Below are positions 63,030 through 64,000 of a DNA stretch of 64,000 bases, one piece after another. The DNA lies in the NCBI RefSeq assembly GCF_001194135.2, contig NC_068984.1:144664850-144728849 (forward strand), written 5' to 3'. Position 1 is the stretch's first letter, and each line of letters opens with the position of its first letter. The position numbers and the translations under genes are program-made. The notes beneath the pieces were generated by a model. That model was not told the DNA's origin. It was given only the letters and a program-made list of their open reading frames with translations, and ran no database searches. This stretch comes from Octopus bimaculoides (lineage: Eukaryota).

Positions 63030-63093
63030 ATACTGTTTGCGCTCTTTGGGTTCTGAACTGAAATTCAGCATCGATGCCAACGGCGAAAGCTAA
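63030..63093 (+). CDS. Candidate terminal exon fragment
   Basis: tttgtttgcag|A TAC TGT TTG CGC ... GAA AGC TAA reads YCLRSLGSELKFSIDANGES*. CpG-rich unique sequence; no homology recognised. Confidence 0.2.
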
Positions 63094-63408
63094 TCACCAG
63101 ATTGTCAGAACATTATGTCCAAGCCACCAATGGCCAGTGCGGTCAAGAGATAAAATGACAACAGTAAACTAAAGCAGTTAGACTAAGATGGCTGAATAGG
63201 AAAAACTGAGGAATTTTCTGTAATCTAAAATAATTTTCGGTTAAAATATAATCGCATGGCTGTCACTTGGAAGTGATGACTGTTTGGTAATGTATATGTC
63301 ATGGATTTTTCATGTTTTTGGTTATTCTGTAATCATGAGCTAACATAGATGTCCTCTTAGTGTCCTCACTTTTGATTCAAAGGACATCAAGGATGTGGCA
63401 GGTGGTGA

Positions 63409-63472
63409 GGGCGGGGGAAGCAGAGAGGGGGACAGAGAGGGGAGGAGAGAAAGAGAGAGTGCGGGGGCGGGG
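63409..63472. promoter_or_regulatory. Two GC boxes (GGGCGG; GGGGCGGGG) in a GA-rich patch, possibly a promoter
   Basis: Sp/KLF-type motifs at 63409-63414 and 63464-63472; relatively CpG-rich unique sequence at 63030-63150. No transcript evidence. Confidence 0.25.
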
Positions 63473-64000
63473 TCTGTATCAGCATTAATCTTCCTGAAAT
63501 CATATCTGAAACACTTCAAAAAATAAGGTGACACATTGGATTATGTAGTCCTTGGTTTACATAGATTGCTACTAGGGTTAAACAACAACACTGCCATGAT
63601 CACCCTTATCCTCTTTCTCCTTCACCACCATTATCACACTATTGTCATCATCATCACCATCACTACCATCATCACCTGCACTATTATCAACATCACTGTC
63701 ATCATCATCAAAATGATGACGACGACCACCACCACCACCACAATACTGAGTGTGTGTGTGTGTGTGTGTGTATGAACATGTAAACTATTGCCTGCAGCTC
63801 AAAGTCAACCTTGATCCAGACCTACAAGGAAAGCCACCTCACCCTTTTGGATCTCCAAGTTTGTTCCATTTGCCCATCTTTTTCGAAGGGGTGGGGTGTG
63901 ACTTGAAGATTTGGTTGCTATTTCTAGTAGATAGAACAACTCCCTAGAGGCTCCCTTGCTAGTTCACTAGCAATAATAGTGGTAATAATAATAATAATAA

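Overview
AT-rich, repeat-dense animal genomic DNA with many N gaps next to microsatellites. The tRNA-derived SINEs, RTE, R4/Dong, CR1 and Penelope relics and the microsatellite load suggest an octopod cephalopod such as Octopus; this is inferred from repeat content, not verified. The one gene I can identify confidently is a CREBL2 orthologue on the minus strand: a bZIP exon (32930-33130) joined in phase 0 across a 12.2-kb intron to a terminal exon (20252-20722). The predicted protein is about 223 aa, with a long C-terminal tail that vertebrate CREBL2 lacks. Several plus-strand segments with good splice sites (best: 27649-27745) suggest an unidentified antisense gene interleaved with CREBL2. 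The most unusual sequence is a 27-bp quasi-palindromic tandem array (18600-18935) just downstream of CREBL2. It is open in several frames, could fold into long dsRNA, and has diverged copies biased to third codon positions. Other notable items are decayed minimal hammerhead-ribozyme motifs in Penelope-like termini, candidate CREBL2 5' exons with uORFs, and many degraded transposons. There is no CRISPR, rRNA or intact tRNA gene. Most ORFs in the supplied track are microsatellite or N-gap artefacts.
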